Below are positions 1-14,098 of a stretch of DNA of 64,000 nt, piece after piece. The stretch is from Podarcis tiliguerta. Taxonomy: Eukaryota. Made by a program: the position numbers and the translations under genes. Under the pieces are notes generated by a model, which saw only the letters and a program-made list of their open reading frames with translations, was not told the DNA's origin and ran no database searches. Position 1 is the first letter of the stretch; every line of letters starts with the position of its first letter. The DNA lies in assembly GCA_965153285.1 (NCBI GenBank), contig OZ229117.1; one strand, written 5' to 3'.

Positions 1-724
1 GGGAACAGGTTTTTACAGCTTAGAATTAATGCAGAAACCTTCTGGCCCTATTAAGAGCTTTTGAACTTAAACAGAGAAAGGTCTTAACTTATTTTGCATG
101 TATAACCCTTATAGAAAATTGGTTATTTTGTCTCTCCTCCTCTGCCTCCCCACTCCCCAACCCACTTCTTTTGCTACTTCCTACACTGTCAAGATAAAGA
201 AAGTAAAATCCTTCGGACCTGCCCTTTTAAAAATCTACAATATACTGTATAACACCACATCCAGTTATATAAATAAAATGTCTATTGATAATTTAAATAG
301 GACTCTGAGTCTTAACATACTTAACAGAAATAAAATGCAGAGCATACATACATATTAAGCCGGCACTAACTTTGCTTCAGGAGCGATCTAAGTTTCTTCT
401 TCTGAGTAACACAACACTGCATTCCTGACAGAGATACAGGGATGGCGAGCCGATAAAACACTGAAAGACTTGGTCATGCAGAAGCTTCTCATGGGTGAGC
501 CAGATGTGGGGAAACTGGGAATTTCTGGGGATGAGCTACTAAAATTCTTCCTTAAATCTCAGGACCATAGGCCAAAATCCTCCATTCCACTGAGCATTGC
601 GGCAGTTAAAGGAAAGGATAGTGCAGTACAGTTCAAACTGAGGCAGAAGCCGATGTTCTCAGGCTGTATGTGATTGATCATATTACTCAAGAACAAGTAC
701 ATCTTTGCTTGTAACTGGGTTGTA

Positions 725-1108
725 AGGTAAAGAAGGTAAAGCACCCCTGGACTGTTAAGTCCAGTCAAAGGCGACTGTGGGGTGCAGCGCTCATCTCGCT
801 TCAGGCTGAGGGAGCCAGAGTTTGTCCACGGACAGATTTCCAGGTCATGTGGCTAGCATGACTAAACTGGTTCTGGCGCAACAAAACACTGTGACGGAAG
901 CCAGAGCGCAAGGAAACGCCATTTGCCTTCCTGCCACAGCGGTACCTATTTATCTACTTGCACCTGTATGCCTTCGAACTGCTAGATTGGCAGAAGGGAG
1001 GACAGAGAATTGGGAGCTTACCCCGTTGCGTAGATTCAAACTGCCGACTTTCTGATCAGCAAGCCAAAGAGGCCCAGTGGTTTAGACCGCAGTGCCACCC
1101 AGTCCCAA
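725..1108 (-). mobile_element. Sauria SINE, full length
   Basis: (ACCTTT)n-type tail and typical body; 13-bp TSD taactgggttgta at 712-724 / 1109-1121. Confidence 0.9.
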
Positions 1109-2360
1109 TAACTGGGTTGTAGCTTATGATAACTGAAGTTAGAAAAGACTGAGTTAAATTAACAGACTCAGGTTAATAATGTCCATTAATTTCCATAAGT
1201 CACAGGCTGGGAAAGACCCTAAGAATGTCCACCGAAGCCACCAGCACAAGAACCACACAAAACCATTACTCAAGGGAGTCTAAAGAGGCCAGATCTAAAA
1301 CAGGTCTAAAAAAATCTAGAGAGGACACTAACTAGATAATGAACCTCCCCACCCAATTCATATTTCATCATTGATGCCTCCTGCTCTTCCCCATAGGAAT
1401 GAAATAAAATCATCCACACACTGGCTCAGGGACTGGAGGCAACAAAATGAGTACTTATCTCTCCACTAACTTTATATGCATGAATGGGCAAAATGTCTAG
1501 AAGTTGTGGGTGCCAAGGGCACATTCCAGCAAAGGAAAAGGCACTTGAGGGAGTTGCACAGCAAGGCCTTTGGGGGGGGGGGGTGTAGCCTAGGGAGTGT
1601 CCCAAGGGCCAGATGGAGAGATTGGAGGGCCTCATTTAGCCTGCAGGCTATGGGCCCCATTCTCATGACATAAGAGGTGTCCTGCTGAATCAGGCCAAAA
1701 GGCCCATCTAACACAGTGGCCATTGAGATGCCTGTGAAAAGCCCACAAGTTGGGCATGACTAAGGCAGCTGCCATCTTGTTTGAGCCCATCATATGGTAA
1801 GCAGGTACAGGGCCTCTGACTGAATGCAAGGGCCGGATTGAGCCATCATAGCCAATAGCCACTAACACACACACCCTGCATAAATTCACAGAAAAACCAC
1901 CCACGTTGCTAGTTCTCACTACATAAGAAGAGCCTTCTGGATCAGGCCAGCATCCTGTTCCTACAGTGTCCAACAAGATGCCTGTTGAAAACCCGCAAGC
2001 AGGACCTGACTTTGAGAGCCCTCTCCCCTCCTGTGACTTCCGGCAACTGGTACTCCCTCTGAAGTGTTACTACTCTCTCTGATTACTATGGAGGCAGAGC
2101 ATAGCCGTCCTGGCTAGTAGCAGCTATTGATGGTGGCCTTACATTGCATGAAGTTGTCCAATTTTGTGTTACAACCATCCAAGTTGGTAGTACATTTCAC
2201 ATACAGTGGTACTCAATTCTGTAACTGCAAGAATGTCACTTCATCCCACGTTGCTTGGCTCTGTTGTGAAGGCATGAACAGCCTCCACTGGTTTTGTGTT
2301 AGGGACAATGTCAAAGCTCCTTCTGTGCTACTTGCCCTGGACAAGACTGGACACTTGACA

Positions 2361-2586
2361 CAGTGGTACCTCGGGTTACAGACACTTCAGGTTACAGACT
2401 CCATTAACCCAGAAATAGTACCTCGGGTTAAGAACTTTACCTCAGGATGAGAATAGAAATTGTGCATCAGCGGCGCAGCGGCAGCAGGAGGCCCCATTAG
2501 CTAAAGTGGTACCTCAGGTTAAGAACAGTTTCAGGTTAAGAACGAACCTCCAGAATGAATTAAGTTCTTAACTCAAGGTACCACTG
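2361..2586 (+). mobile_element. Tc1/mariner (pogo/Tigger-type) MITE
   Basis: TIRs CAGTGGTACCTC...GGTACCACTG, TA at right end; reverse-complement sister of 13578-13819. Confidence 0.85.
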
Positions 2587-4820
2587 TAATGCAGTTGGAA
2601 AGTCATGAACATGAATGGAACAAATCCAGCAACTCACAGGATTTCTGAAAGTCAAAGCTGATGGGGATGGAACGGCTGTCTGGCAGAGAATCACACCATG
2701 CTGGTGATCTTACCAAACTTACACTCACCCACCCAGGTTGGTAAACTTTACCCTTATCAACCCCAACAAAAGCTCAAAGCAGATAATCAGGCTCCACTAA
2801 ACTGCAAAGAGGTTATAGTTAGAACAGCACACCAGAGATCTAAACCAGCTTGGGAGCCTCTAATTCTGGCACAAGCTACTTCCCTTCCCAACTTCATTCT
2901 CAATTTGTAATTTGAGATTATGACACCCTGAGTGGACACAGAACCCTCCCTCAATCATGAGAGCACAGACAGCTTGGGGGAACTCTGAGCAGAGCTGCAT
3001 AGATGCTGGCCCAAGTCAGGTTTCTGTATTTTGGGACTACAACCTCCCATGGTCTCAATATCGAACTATTTCAGCAAATGAAAGTTCCTACTTCTTTAAC
3101 CCTTAGTAAGTTATCATAAAACACCTGCTTGCTTTGTAATGGCGGCAGTGTGGTGGGCTGTATCAACTTTGTAGTAGTGAAATATTCAGTATTTGCAGAT
3201 ATTTGTGTACTTTTAAGCTATGTTCCTATGGTATGGGGATTAACAGCAGGATAGCAAAAGTGGACAGTGTGAGCCCTTATGGTTGTCAAGAGACTTATGC
3301 TTGAAGTCTGGGAGGATAAATATCCAAAATATTCACCACCAATGGTCTGAGCAACTCATCAACCTTGCTACATTTCAGTGTATAAACACTAATTTCATGA
3401 GCATATACTGTTTGGACATCCAGAGTGCTTATACCTTAACATGTATCATTTCAGGTGGCTATTGTATTCTCAGTGTTAACTGACACTGTGTAGCATGTTT
3501 TTCCTGTCTTTTTTAAAATCTTTGTCCTCCTCCTTTGTTAAATTTGACACTACAGATATGTAAGCACAAGGCATGCCCAATGCACAGAGACCGCAATTAG
3601 TTTACAGCTGCCCATCATCATATATTCTATGGGGAGGCTGCATGTTACCATCTACTGATGACAAACATGCCCCACGGCTCCTTTGCTAGGGTGGGGGTTT
3701 GAGCCCAGATTCCTAGGGCAGACTCCTCATATTAGATCAGCTCCCACATAAATTTAACCATTCTAAAATCCTTTGACAGCTGTTCTGCTTCCTGGAATAG
3801 GGTTCCAACTGGGTTACACCCCATGTATTTTCCTCTGCTTCACACTGTTCCCAGGAGACAGAGATGTTTCCTGGCTCCAGCAAGTCAAGGAAAGCAAACC
3901 ACTTAGGTTTTTCATTTTTCAAAAATAAAATAAAAAAACCTCAGCAACAACCCTGACACAGTCAGATGATCTTCTTGGGAGATGCCCTCCTCCTGTTTCC
4001 TTGCAGACAGTCCAAATGTTTGAAACATCCCAAGTTATGTTATTCTTCAGATAAAGGATATTTCAAGACACAAAGAAAACACAGTAGCTTTGGCTGATTG
4101 CTAAATGAAACCACATGACTGTTGGGATAGGGCTGGGCTTAGTGGTTTGGTGTTTTTTTAAAAAAATGTCCTGATGGGTTATAGCATCTTTTCCCAGTGT
4201 TTGCTGGCTCTCACTACCAATTCCATTACTGGCTGCATTCTAATAGAATTTAGTTTTTTTAAAATAAAAAAAGATGGAATGAGATATCGGCAGGAAGAAC
4301 GCACTCCAAGTAAGAGAAGCCAGATCTGCCACACCACATGCACATTGTAGGTTTGAGCCAGTCCACCACAGACATGGCACTTGCACACAGAGGAATCCCA
4401 TAGGGCACAGCAGGCCTGCATTCAGCACACCAGGCCATGACTAAGCCTGCATGTCTGCCATTCCTTGTAACAGGAGCAGCCTGGTGTTCTAAGTACTCAT
4501 ACCCAGGGGAGGGCTGTACTATTGCTTATGGCAGCCTTCCCCAACCTGGTGCCCTTCGGATGCTGAAATCAACAACTCTCTCCATCCCTGCCCATTGGCC
4601 ATGATGGGGGCTAATGGGAGTTGAAGTCCAAAACCTCAGGACAGGTGGCTGGAAGGCTGCTTTATGAAGATCCTCTCATGTGCAAGGACAGCACCGAGAG
4701 TGGGACCAGATCCAAGTCTTGTATCTTGAAAGGTCTGGGATATTACCTCCCATATAAGTAGGCCAACACCCAGTATTTAACATAGCATATTGAATTAATT
4801 CAACCAAAGTAATGACAGCA

Positions 4821-5179
4821 AGGGACGCAGGTGGCGCTGTGGGTTAAACCACAGAGCCTAGGACTTGCCGATCAAAAGGTCGGCAGTTTGAATCCCCGCG
4901 ATGGGGTGAGCTCCCGTTGCTCGGTCCCTGCTCCTGCCCACCTAGCAGTTCGAAAGCACGTCAAAGTGCAAGTAGATAAATAGGTACCGCTCCGGCAGGA
5001 AGGTAAACGGCATTTCAGTGCGCTGATCTGGTTCGCCAGAAGTGGCTTAGTCATGCTGGCCACATGTACTGTACGCCATACAACTGTACACCGGTTCCCT
5101 CGGCCAATAAAGCGAGCTGAGCGCTGCAACCCCAGTCGGCTACGACTGGACCTAATGGTCAGGGGTCCTTTTACCTTTT
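4821..5179 (+). mobile_element. Sauria SINE, full length
   Basis: GGGACGCAGGTGGCGCTGTGGGTTAAACC head, ACCTTT tail; TSD taatgacagca 4810-4820 / 5180-5190. Confidence 0.92.
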
Positions 5180-5649
5180 TAATGACAGCAGCTCAGGAGC
5201 TCAGGATCAATGGGAATGCCTTCTCCAGACCAGACCAGTCTCTGCTCTGCATAAGAAGCCTTGTTAACATGGCCTGAAGATACCCACCTCATAGTGGAGC
5301 AGAGTAGGGCATTCTCCATAGTGGCACCTACCTTCAATATAGCCCCCTAAAACAGGTTTGCTGACCACTTTATGAAAACGTGATGGAAGAATGTAGCTCC
5401 GCAGCAGAGCACACACTGTGCACGCATATAATCCAGTTTAATCCCCAGCATCTCCATTTTAAATTCTCAAGCAGGCAGAGCATGAGAAAGCCCCCAAGGC
5501 TTTAGAGAGGTGCTGCCAGTCAGAGTGGGCGAGTCTGATCTAGATGGATTATTAGACTAATTCCCCATAAGACAACTTTTGGATGTTTATACAGGTACGG
5601 GATAGTGTAAGATGTGATAAGTTAACTCTTCCTTAAACATTTAAACTCA

Positions 5650-6360
5650 ATGTGCAGCAGCTGTGAAAAAGGCAAACTCCAAGCTAGGGATCATTAGGAA
5701 AGGAATGGGGGGGGGGGAGAGACTGCCAATGTCAAATTTATGGTTCAATAACATTTGGATTACTGTGTGGAGTTCTGGATACCAAACCTCAACATGGATA
5801 TTGCAGAGTTGGAAAAGGTTAAGAAATGAGCAAGTAGAATGATTAAGGGGATGCAGTGACTTTCTTCATAGGGAAGAAAGGTTGCAGCGTTTGGGGACTT
5901 CTTAATTTAGAAAAAAGGAGAAGAACAGGTGAGGTTATAGTCATTTATAAAATTAGGCATGGCATAAAGAAAGCGGACAGATAAATGTTTTTCTCCCTCT
6001 CTCATAATGCTAGAATTTGTGGATACCCAATGAAGTTGAATGTTGGAAGATTCAGGACAGACAAAAGGAAGCACCTCTTCACACAGTGCATGGTTAAACT
6101 TTGGAATTTGCTTCTACAGGATTAGATAAATTCATGGAGGAGTGTGCTATCAGTGGCTGCTAGCCATGATGGCTATGCTGGGTATCCAGAGGCAGAGGCA
6201 GTAACAGCTCTGAATCCATTGCTGGAAGAAAGCCACAGGAGGATTGAGCTTTCTTGTGCTCAGGTCCTGCTTGCCTACTTCCTACAGGCATCTGGGTGGC
6301 CACTGTGAGAACAGGATACTTGGATCAGATGGGCCCAGAGGGCAGATTCTCATGTTCTGA
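5650..6360 (+). mobile_element. CR1 LINE 3' fragment (decayed ORF2 end + 3'UTR)
   Basis: CR1-type sequences GCAGCTGTGAAAAAGGCAAA, TTGGAAAAGGTT, GGAAGATTCAGGACAGACAAAAGGAAG. Confidence 0.82.
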
Positions 6361-8431
6361 AGAACAGTCCTGCTGCTAGGGACTGGCTACCGCAGACAAG
6401 TCAACCAAGGTCAGATCCCCACAAAAATACTTTCTTCAACAAAAGCAGTCTTTGCTTAAAAAAATAACCAAACCCTTGTGTTGGCTGATATGAAACTGGA
6501 ACAAATAGACCAGTGAGGCTGACTGAGGGTACTGGCTGGCAGATGGGAGCCGCAGGTTGGTCAAGAAAGGTTTACTTTCACCCCTGGGTCTGCAGTTTTA
6601 TTATTTGATTCATATTGCACTGATATATGTGAACTGCTTCAAGGTTACCTGTGATAGAAGGTGATATTCAAAAAGCCCTAAATAAATAAATGAAAATAAT
6701 GAAGTAAATGCTTCCATGGATCTGCATTTAATTTATTTGCTCTAGTACACACAACTGTTGAGCGTTCTCTCCAGTACTACGATTTGTTTTGGAAGATCAC
6801 AACGACAGCATCATTTGCACCATCAGGTCAACATTTTCCTCCACAAAACTGGCACGCGAAGCAGCAAGATGAAAACCATCCCAGCAATTTCCTCCCTTGG
6901 GAAAGGAAAGGATAGCTGGTGCCAAGATACTCTTCCAGACACAGAATGAATACCAGCAGCATCCCACAAAACTCAGAATGCTACCAGAATGCTTTTATAA
7001 TTCTTATTTAACAGTGTTTGTATATTGCTTGATTGCAGAATTAGCTGCATGGCTTCCACAAAACACAGTAATTGGAAACACTGAAATCTCTGGAGATGGA
7101 CCTACAGGGAGGATGAGTCAACATGCCAAGGCTGGCAAGATATATTCTTGTGATACACGCAGCCAGCCGAGACACAGCCAGTAACAGACAGTTAGCAAAG
7201 CCCAGCCCACAGATTGACAAGCTCTGCTCTGAGTTACCAGCCATGAAACCAAAAGCCTGCCAGTCATTGTTTTCTGGCCAGCTAAGCAAGATCTACCTGG
7301 GGCAAGGAGTGTGCCTGCCAGTCTCTCTCCCATTGCTGATTTTGCAGCAGTCATTCTTCAGAGTTAACCAAGAGTTCACACTTTGCAAGCCACAGAACCA
7401 CTCTGTGACCCATCACTGCAACCAAGAACATTTAATTTCCTAGTTCACGAAGGAAGTAAGCCAGAGTTTGGGCTGTACCACTTCTGATTGCAAGTGGAGA
7501 CTTACATTGTGGAATGTTCCCCCCAAATACCTATTTAAAGCCCTTTCATCTGGAAGACTAGCATGCCAAGAGAACCCATTATCCCTGACATGTATCTTTA
7601 CATGTGCAAGAGTTTCTCCTCTCCATCATGAAAGGCCACACCTACAAGACACAGACTGAGCCCTACAGTAAACATGAGGGGCACTAGACCCCTCACCCAT
7701 TTTCTTACCTCCTGCCTTCTCAGAACTAGGCAGGAAGAAGGGAGGAAGTACAGTTGCTTATTGCTGACATATACATCCAAGGAAATATTTGACTATTTTA
7801 CTTAGAGACACCAAGGGCAAATGGGTATAGAAAGCCTACATGTGTCCTTCATGCAACTGATGAAAAGCCAAAACCCAAGCAGGTTTATACTGCAGCTTTA
7901 AAGCTATAGCATTCTGATTAAGGTGGAAGCAATTATGAGAACAGGTTCTCCCTGCCCTGGGACAATGGCATTCAATCTACTTAGCTCCAGGGCATACTTT
8001 CCACAGATACTTGTTTGCCATGAGGTCCTGCACTCTCTAAAGATCAGCCACCATCAAACCTGGTGCTCTGGTTTTAGACTACAACTCACATCAGCATGGC
8101 TGTGCTGCCATCAACCCCAGCTGTTGCTGTTGCTTCTTCACACTTGTTTATTAATGTTTATTATTTCATTTATTGCCTTCTAAACCACCATCTCAAGGCA
8201 ATTTACATATAAAACAATTAAGAATAGTTAGAAACACAAAAACAAGGAATGCATGCTCTTGAATGCCCTCACTGCCCCCATGTGAACTTGGCTTACAGCC
8301 TAAACTAGAATACCAAGCAATCTCCTTTAACTGCAGCAATATAGGGGAATATGTGATGGGCACGCAGGGGGGCTTGACATTTGGCCAATTATAAAGGATT
8401 TGGTCAACTGACCAGTCAAATAGTCACAGGG

Positions 8432-8557
8432 TCACAGAATCACACAATCTAGTCCAACCCCCTGCAATGCAGGAATATGCAGCTGTCCCAAACGGGGATT
8501 CGACCTGCAACCCTGGCATTATCAGCACCATGCTCTAACCAACTGAGTTATCCAGCT
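8432..8557 (-). mobile_element. tRNA-derived SINE with CR1-type tail (Squam2-like)
   Basis: Head ACTCAGTTGGTTAGAGCATGGTGCTGATAA...GGTCGAATCCC followed by GGGGGTTGGACTAGAT and ATTCTGTGA. Confidence 0.7.
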
Positions 8558-8922
8558 GATCATATATTTTTAAAAATATTAGCCATATGGTGGTGGGGGG
8601 GGGAGGTATTTTAATCATCAACAAAGCTTGGCACCCATGTCCACCACAAAAGCAACCAATCTTGTGAAACAATGAAAATTAAAGTTGCTTCTAATAGTCC
8701 CATTACATTTTATAACACTGTTAAAAGATTAGGAGAAGGAACATTTGATTTCCTAACTCTCGTGAAGGTGGTAAAACCTGTGTCAGTGCTGTACCACCTC
8801 AGGCAGCAAGTGGGGTGGGGGGAGAACCACAAGATGGAATGCTCCTCCAAATAGTATTTAAAATCCTTTCATATGGAAGACTAGCATGTCAGGGAGGAAA
8901 ATTCTCTTTGACCTGCTAATTT

Positions 8923-8964
8923 GGTGTGTGTGTGTGTGTGTGTGTAGGTAGGTAGGTAGGTAGG
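8923..8964. repeat. Compound microsatellite (GT)n(AGGT)n
   Basis: Seen directly. Confidence 0.95.
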
Positions 8965-10072
8965 TGTTTTCCTTTCCTGCATGGCAGCCCTCCCAACACA
9001 CAAGCCCCTACCTACATTCTGAAGTGGTACACAGCCAAAACAACAGATGGAGGCCCTTGGTGAGCCCCAGGCTTCCATCCACCTCCCTATAGTCTGCCTC
9101 CTCAGAAATGATGTGGGGAAAGGGTAGGGAGAGCAGCTTACCTCACAAATGGTACCACCGTGAAGCACAAGAGACACACGCTACCACCTACGAGGTGGCA
9201 TTCTAGGTTTCATGGGCCATTTAGTCAAATAATTAAGGGGCCAATTGATGCTGTCATTCAGGGAATTCTGTCTGCTCTCAACTGATATTCACACTGAGGA
9301 ATCCCTGACAGAGTGAAGGGCCATCTTGACTTCCCAGAAAGGAGGATTCCATATATGAATCCTGTCATCAGGGGCCACAACATAAAAGCACCCCCGGCTT
9401 TCCAATCAGTTCCTCAGAAACCAACCCATCAGGTGACCTCAAAGAACAATATTCTAAGGGCAGCCCCACACAGAAGTACAGCCAAAACAAATTTAATAAC
9501 GTTTAGAAAGCAACACAAATAGCATACCAACTAGAGCTAAAACTTGAGAGACCCACATTCAATTTCCCAGTCAGTCACAGAGTTAACTGGGTGACCTTGG
9601 CTCTCAGCCTATCCTACCTCATAGAATTGTTGCGAGGATATACTTGGGAGGGATAACTTTTGAGTTCCTTGGAGAGAAGGGAAGGCATTTGCTATGAGCA
9701 AATCAATGTAATACGGTTCCCCTTAGCCTGGCAGGACAATTCAGAAAAAGTTACAGCAGATTGCCTCAGCAGAGTCTGACAAGATTTGCAGTTCAGATCC
9801 TCAGGCTGGCATCAAATTGGCAAAAGGTGGTCTACAATTCTGAAAGCTGCTGAGTGGTTCAGTGCTCCAGCCTCTGAGCCATTCCTGGCATCAAGGTAAC
9901 TAAAGCCATTTCAGTCCCAAAACTGGATTGGATATCAGACTGAAATGGGTCGACAGAAGTGGCATCACCCCAAAAATCCTGAACTTGAGTCAACAGTCCA
10001 TACACATTGCCCCAAAATGGATAATGGTTGATCTTTTACTGCCCATTTGAAAGGAAGGGAGGGAGATCAACT

Positions 10073-10098
10073 GAATGAATGAATGAATGAATGAATGA
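10073..10098. repeat. (GAAT)n microsatellite
   Basis: Seen directly. Confidence 0.9.
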
Positions 10099-13000
10099 AA
10101 TTAATATTTTTTTCCCCAATGGAGTGGGAACTAGAAAAGAGTTGTTTTTTTAAAGCAGAGGATGAACTTCAGCTTTCAAACTAGATGGTGGAACTTCCTT
10201 GCTTATGGAGGCATTTGTCACCCTCTCTGCCAGTTTTTGTTTGTTTGTTTTGTTCTTAAAATATTTTTTCTTAAAGAACATGTATTGTCTCTTTTTCAGG
10301 TTGTAGAATCTTTTTGACATTTGAAGTGAGACATTAATAAAGTTGTATACAGAATAAAGTTGGGGCAGAAGGAGAAGGGGTGGTAATACTTGGTGTATAT
10401 GTGGTTTTTATGTCAGCATCACTTGGGTAGGTTCTTTTTCTATTTATTATATCTCCTTGGTGGTGAGAGAGGTTGGAGAAGGCCCAGGGCATGGCTGGTT
10501 GTCTTTAGTTGGCTGCACTAAGATCTGTTTGTGGGCGGAGGGGATTGTTGGGTCAAATTAGCCATACTGATTTCAGTGTTCAAAACTCCCGTTGTTCTAG
10601 GCGCATTTTAGCGACAGGGAATTTCATTAGCATGAGCAGTTTCTGAGCTCTGGATGCAGTACTGCACCTAAGATTTCAGATTAAAACTGCAGAGTGGAAG
10701 GAAAGGAGGACCTTTTTCTGCCTCCCCGCCTACATCTACTCTCTGAAGACTGGAGAAAAGACCCCCTTAAGAATATTAGGGGGTGGGGGTGGGCAGGGGA
10801 AGGACTAGACCATGTGAAAAATGAACATAACATTTTAGCTGCAGTTCATTCATTTTCAGCTTTGTGTTCTTGTTATAATAAAAGTGTGCCTAGACATTCC
10901 GTTATTGCCCCTATAACCTAGGTTTAAGGTGTCATTTAGCTCCTGGCTTTCATATCTCAGTTTCTAACACTGGTTGATTTGTATGCTGTTGGTGGGTTCT
11001 TGCTGTTGTCCTGTTGGGCTACGTATGTAATAAAGGGGAGCCATACCAGGGTGAAGGCATCCTCTTCTCTGCCAGTTCTGACCTGGCCACCCTAACAAGC
11101 TGGAACTGGCAAGGACTGAGTTTGTACATATGCATCAGCCATGCACTTCCCTCCAAGAACCTTAGGCTTGCACAAGTTGAAAAGAATCTGTAAGAGCCAG
11201 CAGGAAACTGCAGGAGGCAGCACGTCAACTGGATTGATCTCTCAGCACAGAATCCAGCAACGCAGGATGAAAATATTTCCACTCCTATATTTTTCCATGA
11301 GAAACAAAATCCATTTTTTAAGAACACCTGTTTCATACAATTAGTAACATAGTGACTACATCACAGTAATCCTTGGTAGTCTTGCTTTACCAGGACCACA
11401 AAAGCATGCCATACTCCCAGAGAGCTGCTCCCAGCCAAGAACAAACTTTGACTACAGCTCGTGGTTAAGGAGGAAAGAGCAAAGCATGATCCCGGGTTTG
11501 GACAACACACTAAGCCAAATTTTGGCTTAGCTGCTCCCTGCATCTAAACTATACAACAAGATGCCCTCCACAGCTGGTATTCAGAGGGAGACTCTTCCAC
11601 AGAAGATGCAACATCTCAATTCACCGCATGAACCACGTTAAGAGATGCAGGCAGGCCTATACTTCCAGATGTTAAGCAATCTATGTGCAAATACTTCTTT
11701 CTACAGTGAAAAAACCTTCCAACCCAAGCCCCGATCTACCCAATTCCTGGCTGAAAGACCTTGCATGACTTCTCATGTTACACAAGTCTAGGCAGCCCCA
11801 TCACTTGCCATGGAGTAGCTAATCTAGCCTCTGGCCCCCCAGGCCACGACAGTCTTCTCTGGCTTGGTTGCTTTCCTCATTGAAAGAGGGAGAGCTCTAC
11901 AGATTTTGCAGCCATACCTTAGGCTAACCTTCCTCATTCTGGTGCCCTCCAGATATTAAAAGACTACCAGTTCCCCTCAGACGAGCCTTAATGGCTGGGA
12001 ATGACGGGAGTTTGTAGTCCAAAGCTATCATTCCATCAGGCTGCCTCAGTGGTGGAGATGGGAAGCTGTTTCATCAGGCACCTCCTACCCTTGAACTGTG
12101 CCAGCCGGTCGCTGTAAGAGCAACTGCTTTAGAACTGTTGCTTGAGTTTGATTCCCTCCCCTCTTCCTCCTTGTTCCTTTCCCCTTGTGTTTTGTTTTCT
12201 TTTTCAATTGTAAGCTTCATGACTGTATTACAAGCCACTCCAGAAGCCTCTTTTTTTTTTGCGGAAAAGAGGGAGACAAATGGTCTAAATCAATGAATCA
12301 TAAAACACCTGGAGGGCACTAGGTTGGGGAAGCTTGCATTGCGCCCCTTTAGCACTGGGAACAGCAGGACATGAAATCTTCATTCAAGAGCTGCAGGACA
12401 TGCGAGAAACATTGCTTCAAATCTCTTATGCTCCAGCGCTTGGGAGGTGGAGGGACTGCCAGCAATTGCACCAGGACCCAAGCCAGCAGGGGGGCAGACT
12501 CTGAGGTTATATGAAAAAGAGAGAGAGGTAGGTCTCTAAGCCCTCCTAGAAGGAAAGTTAGGAAGCAAAGTGGATGCTTACCCTTCTAAACAATTTCTGT
12601 GAGTTGAGTTGAGTTGAGCTAGGCTGACTTCTCCCATCTGCCAGTGAGCGACGTCAGAGCTGTAACTGACAGAGGAGTTGTTTGGACACCACACTCTGGT
12701 ATCCCTAGGGTTCCAAAGATGTGCTTTTCTCTCCTGTAGTGTACAGGCAACTCTCAGTTTGTAGCATTCAATGCACACATCACCGTGCATGCCATGTCTG
12801 GCACCTGAAGAGGGCAGAACGGGGTGGGCTTACATGCACTCTGCAGATGTGCACAATGACCCGGGACGTAACCCCCCTGTAAATGGTGTGTGTGTTGCCT
12901 GTACTTTTCTATTCTGCTAATGTCACATTTTCTAATCCTTAGATTCTCTCTTCATTTGCCCTCCTTTTCTTCCTAGGAACCAGGATGCCTCTTTCCTGTG

Positions 13001-13577
13001 GTGGGTTTATCTGAGATCAGGTACACCCTCTAAATCTGTTTCTGCAAATAATAATCCACAGTACACGCAGGTGAATATTAAAGAATCTCCCTGCCCCCCC
13101 CCTTTAAAGCGAAATGTAAAAACTTCACACAGAGGCTTAGGCACGCCTCTTTCAGTGTAGGACCTAAGCTCCAGGCACTCATGAAGAATTCACTGTGTAG
13201 TTAGCTTACAGTACAAAATCCACCTCAAATGCCCCAAGCCTCACCTTGCTTCAGGTTAGGGACCCTTCACTTAGCAGAGCAGCAGTGGCACAGGCAACCA
13301 GGCCAGGCAGGCATGAAGCCCTGCGACTTTTCAGCCTGCATGCCCCTTATAGCAGAGGCCAAAAGTGGCTCCTGCACAGCTCACACAGCAGTGCAGCAGG
13401 TTAGGGACAAAGCACTGCCACCAATTTCACAGCAGGGGCAGCAATATCATTGCCTAGATCACCATTTGCCAATCCCCTGCCCGGCACATAAGCTTTTTGC
13501 ATGTGAGAAAGAAAACCACCAACTAAGCTAAGCAAAAGAAGAGGCATGCACGGCCAAAGGCCCAACCATCACTTTTA

Positions 13578-13819
13578 CAGTGGTACCTCGGGTTAAGTAT
13601 TTAATTCGTTCCGGAGGTCCGTTCTTAACATGAAACTATTCTTAACCTAAAGCACCACTTTAGCTAATGGGGCCTCCTGCTGCCGCTGCGCCGCCGGAGC
13701 ACGATTTCTGTTCTCATCCTGAAGCAAAGTTCTTAACCTGAGGTACTATTTCTGGGTTAACGGAGTCTGTAACCTGAAGCATATGTAACCTGAAGCGTAT
13801 GTAACCCAAGGTATCACTG
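13578..13819 (-). mobile_element. Tc1/mariner (pogo/Tigger-type) MITE
   Basis: TA-CAGTGGTACC...GGTATCACTG-TA; same family as 2361-2586. Confidence 0.87.
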
Positions 13820-14098
13820 TACTTTGAAAAGTTTCAATATGACCAACCAGAACATTATAATAGCGAGCAAGCTTCTGAGCCCACCAGAGTTCTTCGGCAG
13901 AGTTGTGAAAGTTAAGCAGCGGGCAGAGGGGAGATTTTGTTTGGTGTTGATTCCAGAATGCCTACTGTGTTGGTTACAAGTTCATTTCTTCCATCTTGCT
14001 CAAAAAATTGTGGGTGGCCCAGGAGAGGGCATTCTTTGAAGCAATCCCTAGATTGTGAAATTCCCTCCCCGCAGAGGTCACCTGGCACCTTTACTATA

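Noticed and set aside
4179-4428. Cys-rich ORFs (CKCHVCG) as possible WTIP LIM exons; likewise 12578-12790
   Set aside because: No LIM Cys/His spacing and no match to the expected ICIKCG... exon 2. WTIP exon 2 appears to lie beyond the left edge.
8480-8557. tRNA-like sequences here and at 16522, 19920-19974, 44190-44251, 45078-45140
   Set aside because: SINE heads joined to SINE bodies/tails, without intact cloverleaves.
12483-12497. CTCF-like CCAGCAGGGGGGCAG; also 26443-26458 and 51147-51160
   Set aside because: Imperfect matches expected by chance; no supporting data.
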